From positions 248,294 through 312,293 of the forward strand of contig CAZJXP010000001.1 of NCBI GenBank assembly GCA_964550175.1: DNA of 64,000 bases. Reading direction: 5' to 3'. Source of the DNA: an uncultured Methanosarcinales archaeon. Its GTDB lineage: Archaea; Nanobdellota; Nanobdellia; Woesearchaeales; ARS49. Each line of letters starts with the position of its first letter. Within the stretch, counting starts at the first letter, position 1. The notes under the pieces were generated by a model that saw nothing but the letters and a program-made list of their open reading frames with translations, did not search any database and was not told where the DNA came from. Shown here in pieces: positions 1 to 8,703 of the stretch. The position numbers and the translations under genes are program-made.

Positions 1-251
1 ACGCGATACGCATAGCTGCGAACGTTCCTGAAAAACAACAGATAGCCCTGCCGGACATGAACGGGGATGAAATCCGAGGCATGCTCTTCGCGTCATTGAT
101 CAGCGAATACTTCGCCACGACGCAGCCCATCCAGGCAATCAACCGCGGCGAACTCGGCGTCGAGCCGACGTTCATCATGCTCTGGACCGTCAAGAACATC
201 CCCGAAAACATGCTGAAATACCTCATTACCACGGAGGACCCTGATGCTTGA
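1..251 (+). CDS. 3' end of a gene that starts upstream of the window (ORF open to position 1); hypothetical protein
   Basis: Frame of ORF 57..251 stays open back to nt 3 with no stop. It overlaps the next gene by 8 nt, operon-like. Confidence 0.4.
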   Translation, partial: AIRIAANVPEKQQIALPDMNGDEIRGMLFASLISEYFATTQPIQAINRGELGVEPTFIMLWTVKNIPENMLKYLITTEDPDA

Positions 252-525
252 GCAATTCAAATTCTGGAAGCACGCGCCTGAGCAGTCTCCTGGACTGGAG
301 CCGTACGAGCCGCAAGGGATGCCCGGCATGCAGCCAATGGAGCCCGATCCTTCGTTAACTCAGAATAACTCGTTCCAGCAGATGGCGCAATTGACGCCCA
401 AGAGCGACAAGGATTTGGAGCTCGTGAATGCGAAACTGGACGTGATTAAGGCTCAGCTGGATAACATCATGCAGCGCTTGGATAAGATGGAACGGCAAGA
501 GTCGAAAGAGAAAGTCCGATGGTGA
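244..525 (+). CDS. small coiled-coil protein, hypothetical
   Basis: 93-aa ORF. The C-terminal half has heptad-like K/E/L-rich sequence (LELVNAKLDVIKAQLDNIMQRLDKMERQE). Overlaps the lspA start by 7 nt. Confidence 0.5.
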   Translation: MLEQFKFWKHAPEQSPGLEPYEPQGMPGMQPMEPDPSLTQNNSFQQMAQLTPKSDKDLELVNAKLDVIKAQLDNIMQRLDKMERQESKEKVRW

Positions 526-965
526 GAAAGTACTGGTTCTGGGTCATTGCGATTATCGTTGTCATGCTGGATCAGCTGACGAAAGCGATTGTCGTCACGA
601 AAATCCCGTTCAATACTTCGGTCGAAGTCCTTGGTTCTGTTCTTTCGTTCACGTCGGTGCACAACACCGGCGCGGGATTCGGGATACTGCAAGGGCAGAA
701 CTCATTGTTCATTTTGGTTGCGTTGGTCGCGATAATAGTCATTGTTTGCACCTTGCGGAAGACTTTAGAGGACCACCACACGACAATCTTTGTTGCTTTG
801 ATACTCGGTGGAGCTATCGGGAATTTGATAGATAGAATTCTTTACGGGTTTGTCGTTGATTTCATTGATTTTCACATCTGGCCCGCGTTCAACGTCGCTG
901 ACTCCGCTTTGTGTATTGGAGTTATTGGATTGATTTGGCTGTCGCTTATTGAGAAGAAGAAGTAA
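519..965 (+). CDS. lspA: lipoprotein signal peptidase (signal peptidase II)
   Basis: 148 aa with 4 TM segments. Conserved SPase II boxes VHNTGAGFG and FNVADSALCIGV. Confidence 0.85.
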   Translation: MVRKYWFWVIAIIVVMLDQLTKAIVVTKIPFNTSVEVLGSVLSFTSVHNTGAGFGILQGQNSLFILVALVAIIVIVCTLRKTLEDHHTTIFVALILGGAIGNLIDRILYGFVVDFIDFHIWPAFNVADSALCIGVIGLIWLSLIEKKK

Positions 966-976
966 TTTTGCTAGCA

Positions 977-1071
977 CGTTTCTTTTTACCGGCACGTTTT
1001 GTTTCGTCGTTACGTTAAGCAATTTATTTACAATAAAACTAACACTACGACCAATATCGCTGGTAAAAATG
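977..1071. repeat. MITE-like interspersed repeat copy (TIR ctttttaccggcacg ... cgctggtaaaaatg)
   Basis: Inverted motif at 977-995 and direct motif CGACCAATATCGCTGGTAAAAATG at 1048-1071. Homologous to copies at 2361, 10643, 41491, 51273 and 63224. Confidence 0.6.
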
Positions 1072-1089
1072 TAGCGAGGAAAAGCAAGA

Positions 1090-1422
1090 CTAAATTATCT
1101 TATTCTGCTGAGCCGCTTCGACTATGCGTTCGAGCGGGTTGAGCTTTTCGATCTTAATCTTGAGAATCTTTGCTTGCTGTTTGGTGACATACGTTTTTGC
1201 CACGTACTTGAATTCTCGCTCAGTGACGCAATGAGTATAATCGCATCGACAGGCAAGACACTGCAAAGAGTCATCGCCGTGCATATTCTCATACACGAGC
1301 GGTGTGCCATCGATCGGGCACGTTTCATCCATCGCTTGCTGGTTGTGGCTCAACTTATATTTCTCTTTGAACACTGGAGAAAAGACAGATTCGCCTTCCG
1401 TGTCGCTGGAACCGATACCCAT
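1090..1422 (-). CDS. hypothetical protein, possible Cys-rich zinc-ribbon-like
   Basis: 110-aa ORF with CPIDG...CLACRCDYTHC. Abuts the upstream membrane gene. Confidence 0.5.
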   Translation of the reverse strand: MGIGSSDTEGESVFSPVFKEKYKLSHNQQAMDETCPIDGTPLVYENMHGDDSLQCLACRCDYTHCVTEREFKYVAKTYVTKQQAKILKIKIEKLNPLERIVEAAQQNKII

Positions 1423-1851
1423 TTACTTTCCGCGTCGGCGCGACTTCTTCGCACGCTTCGAAGCCCTCTTCGGCACAGGCATGATGTTCTCGAGCTGCAT
1501 CGGCGGCATCTCGCTGTAGGCCTCCAACGCGGACTTGTGCGACTTCAGGCTTGAGACCATCAATCCAACAACGTTCCACGCGAGAATCAACAAGTACGGA
1601 AGGAATCCCTCGCGCGACGTCATATAGATCATCGTGAGGTTCGCGATGCTCGCGGCGAAGAACAAGATGGACAACGGCCAGCTCCAGGATGCGCTGAGCC
1701 AGCCGCCGATGACGGCGAGCATCAGAACAAATACCAAAGTGAGCGTGACGCCAAGCTCAAGCAACTGATGCACGCCGAGCGTCTGCTGCAAGAACAGCGT
1801 GCCGAGTATGCTGAGCACACCCAAGATAACCAAAAATCCAGTACGAGTCAT
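1423..1851 (-). CDS. hypothetical integral membrane protein
   Basis: 142 aa with 4 predicted TM helices and a basic C-terminal tail (KRASKRAKKSRRRGK). Confidence 0.55.
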   Translation of the reverse strand: MTRTGFLVILGVLSILGTLFLQQTLGVHQLLELGVTLTLVFVLMLAVIGGWLSASWSWPLSILFFAASIANLTMIYMTSREGFLPYLLILAWNVVGLMVSSLKSHKSALEAYSEMPPMQLENIMPVPKRASKRAKKSRRRGK

Positions 1852-1918
1852 GATAATACCCCCAATCTAACGGTAGAGACAAAGAACGTCTTATAAGGAT
1901 TTCTATTCTAAAGTAGTA

Positions 1919-2281
1919 TCAGAATTCGTTGACGTTTTCCAATGCCTTCAGTAGGCCCTTCTTTCTGAGAACATCCGCCTGGTGCGGTCGGTACTTGAAC
2001 ACGACGTCGCCTTTCTCATGGCCGCCCAATTCCCACGGCTCGATGAGCAAAATATCATTTTCTCGCACCCACAAGGTGCGCTTCAAGCGGCCCGGGATCC
2101 TGCAGATTCTTGTTAAACCATCAAGGCACTTGACTCTCAAGTGCGAGCCGCCCAATCTTTGCTCGCAGAGGCCGATAACCTGGTTGTTGCGCGGCATCGG
2201 CGTGCGACGGATTTCGTCGGACAGCTGCTGCTCCTTCGCTTCCCGAGTTTCTCGGCTATTCATGCTCTTGTCTTTCTGCAT
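1919..2281 (-). CDS. eif1a: translation initiation factor aIF-1A (eIF-1A homolog)
   Basis: The core EQRLGGSHLRVKCLDGLTRICRIPGRLKRTLWVRENDILLIEPWE matches the archaeal aIF-1A OB-fold consensus. Confidence 0.9.
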   Translation of the reverse strand: MQKDKSMNSRETREAKEQQLSDEIRRTPMPRNNQVIGLCEQRLGGSHLRVKCLDGLTRICRIPGRLKRTLWVRENDILLIEPWELGGHEKGDVVFKYRPHQADVLRKKGLLKALENVNEF

Positions 2282-2360
2282 TGAAACGATAGGTTAGAAG
2301 TGGGTTTATAAGGGTTTCCCTGAACGTTCGTCGTTGGACTTTCTGCGCTTTTCTGCTTTC

Positions 2361-2492
2361 CACGTTGCTCTCCCCGGCAGATATCTCGAACGTTGCGTTC
2401 GAGAATTTTCGAACCGAGTTCGAAATTTTTGAGTTCGCGTGAGGTCGTAGATGATTAATGCCAACACTCGACCAATATCGCCGGTAAAAAGT
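2361..2492. repeat. interspersed repeat copy (CACGTTGCTCTCCCCGGCAGAT ... CGACCAATATCGCCGGTAAAAAGT) containing two adjacent 7-bp-stem hairpins
   Basis: 5' block shared with 7134, 10661 and 41491. The 3' 24-mer is identical to 63291-63314. Internal palindromes are TCGAACGttgCGTTCGA and TTCGAACcgaGTTCGAA. Confidence 0.6.
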
Positions 2493-2567
2493 TTGCCTGG
2501 GACGCAATCATTGGGCTTCCAGAATGTTTAAATAGCGTAAAAGAAATCAACTGAAACAGGTGATACC

Positions 2568-3383
2568 ATGAACGTTCAAGATATTCTTCGCACAAACCAG
2601 CTCGAAATCAGCGCGACCGACACGCTGTCCAGCGTCTTCGGCAAGCTCAGCAAGGGGCACACGGAAGCGCTCGTCGTTGACGAAAAGGGACACTATGTCG
2701 GCATGCTCTCGAAACGCATGCTGTTGAAGAGCCGCATCGACGCCTCCATCACCAAGGCAAAGAACTACGTCATGAAAACGGCCACGTTGACGAACACGAC
2801 GACGCTGGAACGCGCGGCAGAACTCTTGAACGCGTCCGACACCCACGTCCTTCCAGTGTTGAACGGCGAAAAAGTCATCGGCATCTGCGGGGCAAGAGAC
2901 GTTTTGGCATCATTGCAATCAAACTTCGGCACGCGTAAGGCGATTGAATTGGGAAGCACCAAGCTCGTCGTGTTGCAAGAAGGCGACGCCATCGTGAAAG
3001 CACTTGCGTTATTGCGCGAAAAGCACATCGACCGAATCCCGGTCGTGGACAAGAACGGAAAGCTTTCGGGCATCATCTCCGTCATCGACATCCTCTTGCG
3101 ATACGGGTCCGGCACGCCGCACGGCGCGGTCTCGGGCAGAAACGCGAAGCAAGGCAAGACCTCGCACTCCGGCGGCGACGCGGGCGACCGGCCCGACTAC
3201 ACGCAGCTCCCGGTCTCGAACATCATGACGAAGATTGTCACCACGTGCTCGCCGAACGCGAAAGCGGCTGATGTGATTAAATTGCTGAACGACCAAGGAA
3301 TATCTTCGGTCATTCTTGTGCAGCAAGATTTGCCGGTCGGCATCGTGACGACGAAAGATTTGTTACGTGAGGTCACCAAGTGA
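2568..3383 (+). CDS. CBS-domain protein (tandem CBS pairs)
   Basis: 271 aa with repeated CBS-like segments (hydrophobic-x-V/I-x-D...G-I-I-T-x-D-L). Confidence 0.8.
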   Translation: MNVQDILRTNQLEISATDTLSSVFGKLSKGHTEALVVDEKGHYVGMLSKRMLLKSRIDASITKAKNYVMKTATLTNTTTLERAAELLNASDTHVLPVLNGEKVIGICGARDVLASLQSNFGTRKAIELGSTKLVVLQEGDAIVKALALLREKHIDRIPVVDKNGKLSGIISVIDILLRYGSGTPHGAVSGRNAKQGKTSHSGGDAGDRPDYTQLPVSNIMTKIVTTCSPNAKAADVIKLLNDQGISSVILVQQDLPVGIVTTKDLLREVTK

Positions 3384-4018
3384 GGAGAAAGAAGCTCACG
3401 TACGGCTGGGTCGGCGGCGTCGTGTTAGCCATCGTAATCTTAGCTATTGTGCAGACGCTTCCGGACGACGATTCTTCGGGAAAGCACTGCACCGACACGG
3501 ACGGAACGAACCCGTTTACGGTCGGCAACACGTACGACTGGCGCTCGGGCACGATGTTCCAAGACCGATGCATTGATTCCAAAACCGTTGAAGAGTTTTC
3601 TTGCTCCTACCCCGCGACGGATTTGCGCGGCAAGACCATGACGGCACTCGTCACGTGCAAGCACGGCTGCTACCAATCGATGTGCGGCACGCCGGACTTG
3701 GTCGCGACTGATTTCTTGATTTCGAAACAGCCGACAACCTCGGACGAATTCAAAATCACCTACAAGATATTCAACAATGGGAATGTTCCAGCTTCTGCAG
3801 TCGATGTCGACACGTATTTCGAGCCGTGCTACGGAATATTGATTGAGCCGGCAAAATCCGTCGACCCTGGCAAGAGCACGATGGCCACGTATTCCGTCAC
3901 GTGCAAATTGCCCGGCACGTTCAAGTTCACCAACATCGTCGACCCGCACGACATTCTGCAAGAAAGCGACGAAGCGAACAACCAACGGATCGATGTCGTG
4001 ACGGTAAGATTGCCGTAA
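3380..4018 (+). CDS. membrane-anchored extracellular protein with CARDB-like domain
   Basis: GTG start overlapping the CBS stop. N-terminal TM anchor. The C-terminal VDPHDILQESDEANNQ matches the CARDB signature (VDP.N.I.ESNE.NN). Confidence 0.7.
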   Translation: MRRKKLTYGWVGGVVLAIVILAIVQTLPDDDSSGKHCTDTDGTNPFTVGNTYDWRSGTMFQDRCIDSKTVEEFSCSYPATDLRGKTMTALVTCKHGCYQSMCGTPDLVATDFLISKQPTTSDEFKITYKIFNNGNVPASAVDVDTYFEPCYGILIEPAKSVDPGKSTMATYSVTCKLPGTFKFTNIVDPHDILQESDEANNQRIDVVTVRLP

Positions 4019-4019
4019 T

Positions 4020-4200
4020 ACGTTCTTAGTTAATTCTTTTAAACTATATATTCTAAAATGCTCACTATAGTTAATATGTTAATACTATATTGATATTAAC
4101 TAATAATCATAAAAGTAGCATATAATAACTAAATAAGTAGTATGTTAGTATCATAATACCGCAATATTTATAAAGGGAAATCGCAAAATGCCTTTATGAG
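4020..4200. promoter_or_regulatory. AT-rich intergenic region with imperfect direct repeats and a TATA-like box (tttataaa at 4167-4174) about 30 nt upstream of the 4201 start
   Basis: Seen directly: roughly 85 percent A+T, with repeated aagtag(c/t)at and taata motifs. Confidence 0.4.
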
Positions 4201-4446
4201 GTGTCATTAGTGGTCAAGCGCACGTACAAAGCACTTCGACCCATCATTCTCAAGGCGTTTGCAAAGGAGCAAAAGACGGTAAATCAAGTTGCTACTGAAA
4301 CCGGCATCAACTGGAAAACCGTCGACAATCACACCATCTACCTCACGGGACGAGGATTTCTGAAAGCGATTTTCATTTCACCATTTGTCAAGATTTACGC
4401 CATCACCGACAAGGGCATTGACGCGCTCAAGGGAGGACTTAAGTGA
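4201..4446 (+). CDS. small winged-helix DNA-binding protein (putative transcriptional regulator)
   Basis: 81 aa with an HTH-like core (TVNQVATETGINWKTVDNHTIYL) and wing (ITDKGIDAL). Paralogous in pattern to ORF 48949..49224. Overlaps glgA by 4 nt. Confidence 0.55.
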   Translation: MSLVVKRTYKALRPIILKAFAKEQKTVNQVATETGINWKTVDNHTIYLTGRGFLKAIFISPFVKIYAITDKGIDALKGGLK

Positions 4447-5648
4447 AAATCCTCATGTTCGGCTGGGAGTTCGCGCCGGTGTACTCAGGCGGGCTTGGCG
4501 TGGCTTGCGCTGGATTGGTCAAAGAACTCGTCGCGCAAGGGGCCGAAGTCACGTTCGTGTTGCCGCGGCTGCCGAAAGCGCTCGACGAATCCAAGATCAA
4601 CCTCATCGCGGCATCAGAGTACGGCAGCAAGGTGCGCATCAAAGTAGTCAAGAGCCTGCTCGTGCCGTATTCAAGCGCGTCGCAATACAAGGGACTGTAC
4701 AACCTCTACAAGTCCCGCAATCCCGGAGCCGCGCTGTACGGCGATGATTTGTTTGAGGAAGTCGCGCGCTACGCTGAGGCAGCGAAGAAAATCGCGCGCG
4801 AGGTGCCGCACGACGTCATCCACTGCCACGACTGGATGACCTACCAAGCGGGCATCGCGGCGAAACAGGTCTCAGGCAAGCCCTTGGTGATGCACGTCCA
4901 CGCGACGGAATTTGATAGGACTGGCGGAAGCGGCAATGCGGCCGTAAACGCGATCGAACGGCTCGGATTCACGAAGGCGGACAAAGTCGTCGCAGTAAGT
5001 CAATACACCAAGCAAAAAGTCATGGACAATTACCACATTTCCGCAAAAAACATCGTCGTTTCGCACAACGGCAGCGAGCCGAAGAAGACGGTTTCGAAAC
5101 TCGACGACAAGTCCCGCATCGTGCTGTTCCTGGGACGCATGACCGTGCAGAAAGGACCGGACTGGTTCCTCAAGGCAGCCGAAAAAGTGCTGGAAAAAGA
5201 GCCGAATGTTACTTTTGTGATGGCCGGCTCGGGCGACATGGAGCCCGCGATCATCGAACGCGCTGCCGCTGCTGGAATTGCGGACAAAGTTCTCTTCACC
5301 GGATTCCTGACGGGCGCGGATTTGGACAAGGCCTACAAAATGGCGCAAGTCTACGTCATGCCAAGCATTTCTGAGCCGTTTGGCTTAACTGCGCTGGAAG
5401 CGATGGGGAACGGAACTCCGACGATTATTTCAAAACAGTCCGGCGTGTCCGAAGTCGTGAAGCACTGCCTGAAGGTCGACTTCTGGGACACGAACGAAAT
5501 GGCGAACAAGATACTTGGCGTGCTTTATTACAAAGACTTGCAGGACGAATTAGGGCTCAAAGGCGCGGCCGAAGTCAAGGAGATCACGTGGAAGAAGCCC
5601 GCGCACCAGATGCTCGATTTGTACGGCAAGCTCATGAGGGCACGATGA
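4443..5648 (+). CDS. glgA: glycogen synthase, archaeal GT5/GT4 GlgA type
   Basis: N-terminus MKILMFGWEFAPVYSGGLG is the archaeal GlgA KVGGL-type motif. C-terminal GT-B E-x7-E region (SISEPFGLTALEAMGNGTP). Confidence 0.85.
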   Translation: MKILMFGWEFAPVYSGGLGVACAGLVKELVAQGAEVTFVLPRLPKALDESKINLIAASEYGSKVRIKVVKSLLVPYSSASQYKGLYNLYKSRNPGAALYGDDLFEEVARYAEAAKKIAREVPHDVIHCHDWMTYQAGIAAKQVSGKPLVMHVHATEFDRTGGSGNAAVNAIERLGFTKADKVVAVSQYTKQKVMDNYHISAKNIVVSHNGSEPKKTVSKLDDKSRIVLFLGRMTVQKGPDWFLKAAEKVLEKEPNVTFVMAGSGDMEPAIIERAAAAGIADKVLFTGFLTGADLDKAYKMAQVYVMPSISEPFGLTALEAMGNGTPTIISKQSGVSEVVKHCLKVDFWDTNEMANKILGVLYYKDLQDELGLKGAAEVKEITWKKPAHQMLDLYGKLMRAR

Positions 5649-6826
5649 ACGTCTGCTTCTACTTCCAAATCCACCAGCCGTTCAGATTGAGACGGTATCA
5701 GGTGTTCGACATCGGCAAGAATCACGCGTATTTCGATGACGCGAAGAACGAGGAAGTGCTGCGAAAAGTCGCGGCGAAATGCTACGTTCCCGCGACGACG
5801 TTGTTGTTGAAGCTATTGAAGGAACACAAGGAGTTCAAGGTGGCGTTTTCCATAACGGGAACGGCTCTAGATCAACTTGAAGCGTATGCGCCTGAAGTCA
5901 TCACGCTGTTCAAGAAACTGGCCGCAACGGGCCGAGTTGAATTTCTGAGCGAGACGTCGCACCACAGCTTAACATTCCTTTTTGATAGAAAAGAGTTCAA
6001 GGAACAAGTAAGTAGCCACAAGGCACGCATCAAGAAACTGTTCGGAGTTACTCCGACCGTGTTCAGGAACACGGAGCTCATTTACACGAACGAGCTGGCT
6101 AAGGTCGTTGAAGAATTAGGGTACAAGGCCGTGTTGATGGAAGGAGCCGACCATGTGCTGCAAGGCAAAAGCCCGAACCACACCTATTCCGCCTCGGGAA
6201 CGAAAACGAAATTGCTGCTCAAGAACTACAAATTGTCAGATGATTTAGCATTCCGGTTCTCGGACAAGAAATGGGAAGGATACCCGCTGACGCCCGGCAA
6301 ATTCGCGTCATGGATCGAGGCGTCCGGCGGCGAGACCGTGAATTTGTTCATGGACTACGAGACGTTCGGCGAACATCAATGGGAAGACTCAGGTATTTTC
6401 AAATTGCTTGAAGGACTGCCGGCTGCGCTGTTGAAACGCAAGATCGGATTCCACCTGCCTTCCGAAGTCGCGACGCTGAAGCCCGTCGGCACGCTTGATG
6501 TCAAGTCTCCAATGTCATGGGCGGACGTCGAACGGGATGTGTCCGCATGGCTGGGCAACAACATGCAGAACGCCGCGGCGCAGCACCTGTATTCGCTGTT
6601 ACCAATTATCAAAGAGACCGGTGACAAGAAATTGCTTGAGGACTGGCGCAAATTGAGCACGAGCGACCACTTCTACTACTTGTGCACCAAATGGTTCGCC
6701 GACGGCGATGTTCACAAATATTTCAATCCTTATGAAAGCCCGTACGACGGGTTCATCGCGTTCATGAACGTGCTGAATGACATGAAGCAGCGCGTACAAC
6801 CCCAAGCATGGGTGACAGTGAGGTGA
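5645..6826 (+). CDS. glycoside hydrolase family 57 (alpha-amylase or alpha-glucan-acting enzyme)
   Basis: N-terminal GH57 signature CFYFQIHQPFRLRRY. The ATG at 5645 overlaps the glgA stop (ATGA). The longer ORF start at 5588 was rejected. Confidence 0.8.
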   Translation: MNVCFYFQIHQPFRLRRYQVFDIGKNHAYFDDAKNEEVLRKVAAKCYVPATTLLLKLLKEHKEFKVAFSITGTALDQLEAYAPEVITLFKKLAATGRVEFLSETSHHSLTFLFDRKEFKEQVSSHKARIKKLFGVTPTVFRNTELIYTNELAKVVEELGYKAVLMEGADHVLQGKSPNHTYSASGTKTKLLLKNYKLSDDLAFRFSDKKWEGYPLTPGKFASWIEASGGETVNLFMDYETFGEHQWEDSGIFKLLEGLPAALLKRKIGFHLPSEVATLKPVGTLDVKSPMSWADVERDVSAWLGNNMQNAAAQHLYSLLPIIKETGDKKLLEDWRKLSTSDHFYYLCTKWFADGDVHKYFNPYESPYDGFIAFMNVLNDMKQRVQPQAWVTVR

Positions 6827-6830
6827 CATC

Positions 6831-7124
6831 GTGAAAGGAAAAACAACGCCGTTATTGCGGGATTGCCCTGAAAAACTTCAGTTCAAGACCGCGCACGGCC
6901 AGGTGCTACGGAACTACGTGGACCTGATTGACGGACTGAAACGAATGGAGGATTCGACGTTTCGGCACCACGTGAACGAAGGAAGGAATGACTTCCGGAA
7001 CTGGGTGCTGCACGTGTATTCGGATGAGAAGCTGGCGAAAGACTTCGAGCACAATCCGACTCGACTCGGAATGGCGCAGAATACTTCACGTCGATTGAAG
7101 AATCTCGCTATGGAGCATGGATGA
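6831..7124 (+). CDS. hypothetical protein, paralog 1 of a three-gene tandem family
   Basis: GTG start 5 nt after the GH57 stop, with RBS aggtga. Shares the motif L..Y.DLIDGL..M.D.TF..HVN.GRNDF..W with the next two genes. Confidence 0.6.
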   Translation: MKGKTTPLLRDCPEKLQFKTAHGQVLRNYVDLIDGLKRMEDSTFRHHVNEGRNDFRNWVLHVYSDEKLAKDFEHNPTRLGMAQNTSRRLKNLAMEHG

Positions 7125-7133
7125 TGGTTTTTG

Positions 7134-7164
7134 ACGTTGCTCTCCCCGGCAGATTTTGTAGAGT
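7134..7164. repeat. partial interspersed-repeat copy (GACGTTGCTCTCCCCGGCAGATTTTGTAGAG)
   Basis: Matches the 5' block of the repeats at 2361 and 41491. Confidence 0.5.
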
Positions 7165-7296
7165 CGTTACGCAAATAGTTAACAACGACTCAAAATCTGC
7201 AAGGACGAACCAACGACGCGACAGCAAACGTGCGGGAACAGCAACGCAACAAGCTTTAAAAACAGCAAAAATAATGACTCAGCAAAGAGGTGTGGA

Positions 7297-7596
7297 ATGA
7301 AGGCACAAGCGACTCCGAAGACAACCGTCCTAGGCAGCGCTCCCGAAGGAAAGGCCTTTGTTCTTCATGATGGACGAAAGTTAAGGACGCTCTACGAACT
7401 CATTGATGAATTGGAGACAATGAACGATGATACGTTCAAGTCATTTGTTCACCAAGGCAAGAACGATTTTGCTTCTTGGATTGAAGGCGTGTTCCAAGAG
7501 AAAACATTAGCTGACGAGCTGCGCAAAACTCCCTCTCGTACTGACCACCAGAAAATCATACTCAAACATCTTGTTCGATTATTGAGGAAACCATGA
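7297..7596 (+). CDS. hypothetical protein, paralog 2 (shared TF..HV..GKNDF..WI domain)
   Basis: 99 aa. RBS gaggtg before the ATG. Conserved L.TLYELIDELETMNDDTFKSFVHQGKNDFASWI. Confidence 0.6.
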   Translation: MKAQATPKTTVLGSAPEGKAFVLHDGRKLRTLYELIDELETMNDDTFKSFVHQGKNDFASWIEGVFQEKTLADELRKTPSRTDHQKIILKHLVRLLRKP

Positions 7597-8246
7597 GCCA
7601 CAAATCGTTACGTGACGTAAACGACCCCTTCTTCGTGAAGGACGGAACGGCGCTAAAGAGCCTTTACGATTTAGAACGCGAACTGCGCAACATGAGCGCG
7701 GAACAGTTCTCGCACCACGTGAATTCGGCGAAGAACGACTTCTACAGCTGGATCCACCACACCATCAACGATCACGACTTGTCATTGAAGCTTTCGAAGA
7801 TAAATAATCAAAAGAAGATGGCGGACATCGTCGAGAAGCACATACTGTCGTTGGAGCAGGCGCAGACTACTAAGAAAGCCGCCGTGCAGAAAAAAACAAT
7901 CTCGAGCTTAAGGCGGATTGCGTCTAAGCCCGTCGCAAAGGTCGAGCTGGATTTGGCGCCGCTGAAGCACGAGCGCAGATACGAATCATTGCTTAATCCC
8001 GCGCCCGTCCCGATGTCGGAACTGCCGAGCGTCGACTCTGTCGAAGACAGGCTACGGTCGAAATTAGCCGCGCTGCCGAACACGACCGTGACGATTACGG
8101 AGCCGCAAGTTGAAGCCGCTCAAAACATAAGTGCGCCTGAGACCGTCGAGGAACAGTCGAACCTGATGCGGCACTTAGTGCATTACTCGTTAGGACTGAT
8201 GGCGGGAATACTGGCAGGTTTGGTTTTGGCGAAGTTCTTTATCTGA
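7593..8246 (+). CDS. hypothetical protein, paralog 3 with C-terminal TM anchor
   Basis: ATGA overlap with paralog 2. The N-terminal 70 aa share the family domain (LKSLYDLERELRNMSAEQFSHHVNSAKNDFYSWI). C-terminal TM (LGLMAGILAGLVLAKFFI). Confidence 0.6.
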   Translation: MSHKSLRDVNDPFFVKDGTALKSLYDLERELRNMSAEQFSHHVNSAKNDFYSWIHHTINDHDLSLKLSKINNQKKMADIVEKHILSLEQAQTTKKAAVQKKTISSLRRIASKPVAKVELDLAPLKHERRYESLLNPAPVPMSELPSVDSVEDRLRSKLAALPNTTVTITEPQVEAAQNISAPETVEEQSNLMRHLVHYSLGLMAGILAGLVLAKFFI

Positions 8247-8703
8247 GCTTTCGCTCAAGCTCCTTTCTCAATAAATTGATGTGCAGCTCAAACTTCAGCT
8301 TAAACGACTTCCAGTCATCGTACTTCAACAACTGACCTCTATAATTTATCGCGTTCCGTTTTAGCCTGATTGTCTCCAAGAATTCCCAATCGACATCCAA
8401 TGACGAGTGCTTGAAACAGAGATAGGCGTTCTTGCACTGATGGTTGTCGGCAGCGATGCCGTCGAACAGCAGATACGCCTCGATAAGCCCCCGCAATGAC
8501 TCGTAATGGTCCCTGAACACGAACGTCCAGTCCGTGCTGTCCTTCGGGATATCCGCTGACTTGCGGTTGATGAACTCCAATCCTTTTTCCGCGACGAGCT
8601 TCAACGACCTGATGAACTCGATATCAATGGACTTTTCTTTTATGCTTCCCGTGCTGATGCAGAACTCGTACGTGGCGTCAAGATTGTCGATCGTAAGCTT
8701 CAC
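8239..8703 (-). CDS. HEPN-domain protein (toxin partner of HEPN/MNT pair)
   Basis: 154-aa helical protein immediately downstream of, and 4-nt overlapping, the MNT gene. Contains an R-x4-6-H-like region (RLKRNAINYRGQ). Confidence 0.65.
   Translation of the reverse strand: MKLTIDNLDATYEFCISTGSIKEKSIDIEFIRSLKLVAEKGLEFINRKSADIPKDSTDWTFVFRDHYESLRGLIEAYLLFDGIAADNHQCKNAYLCFKHSSLDVDWEFLETIRLKRNAINYRGQLLKYDDWKSFKLKFELHINLLRKELERKLR

Noticed and set aside
2765-3326. Minus-strand ORFs inside the CBS gene
   Set aside because: They are antisense to a gene with clear CBS repeats.
4020-4200. AT-rich block as replication origin
   Set aside because: No ORB or mini-ORB elements are present. Its size and position fit an ordinary archaeal promoter region upstream of the wHTH-glgA operon.
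5588-5644. Upstream GTG start of the GH57 ORF
   Set aside because: It would overlap 60 nt of glgA. The ATG at 5645 overlaps the glgA stop as ATGA, which is the usual operon junction.
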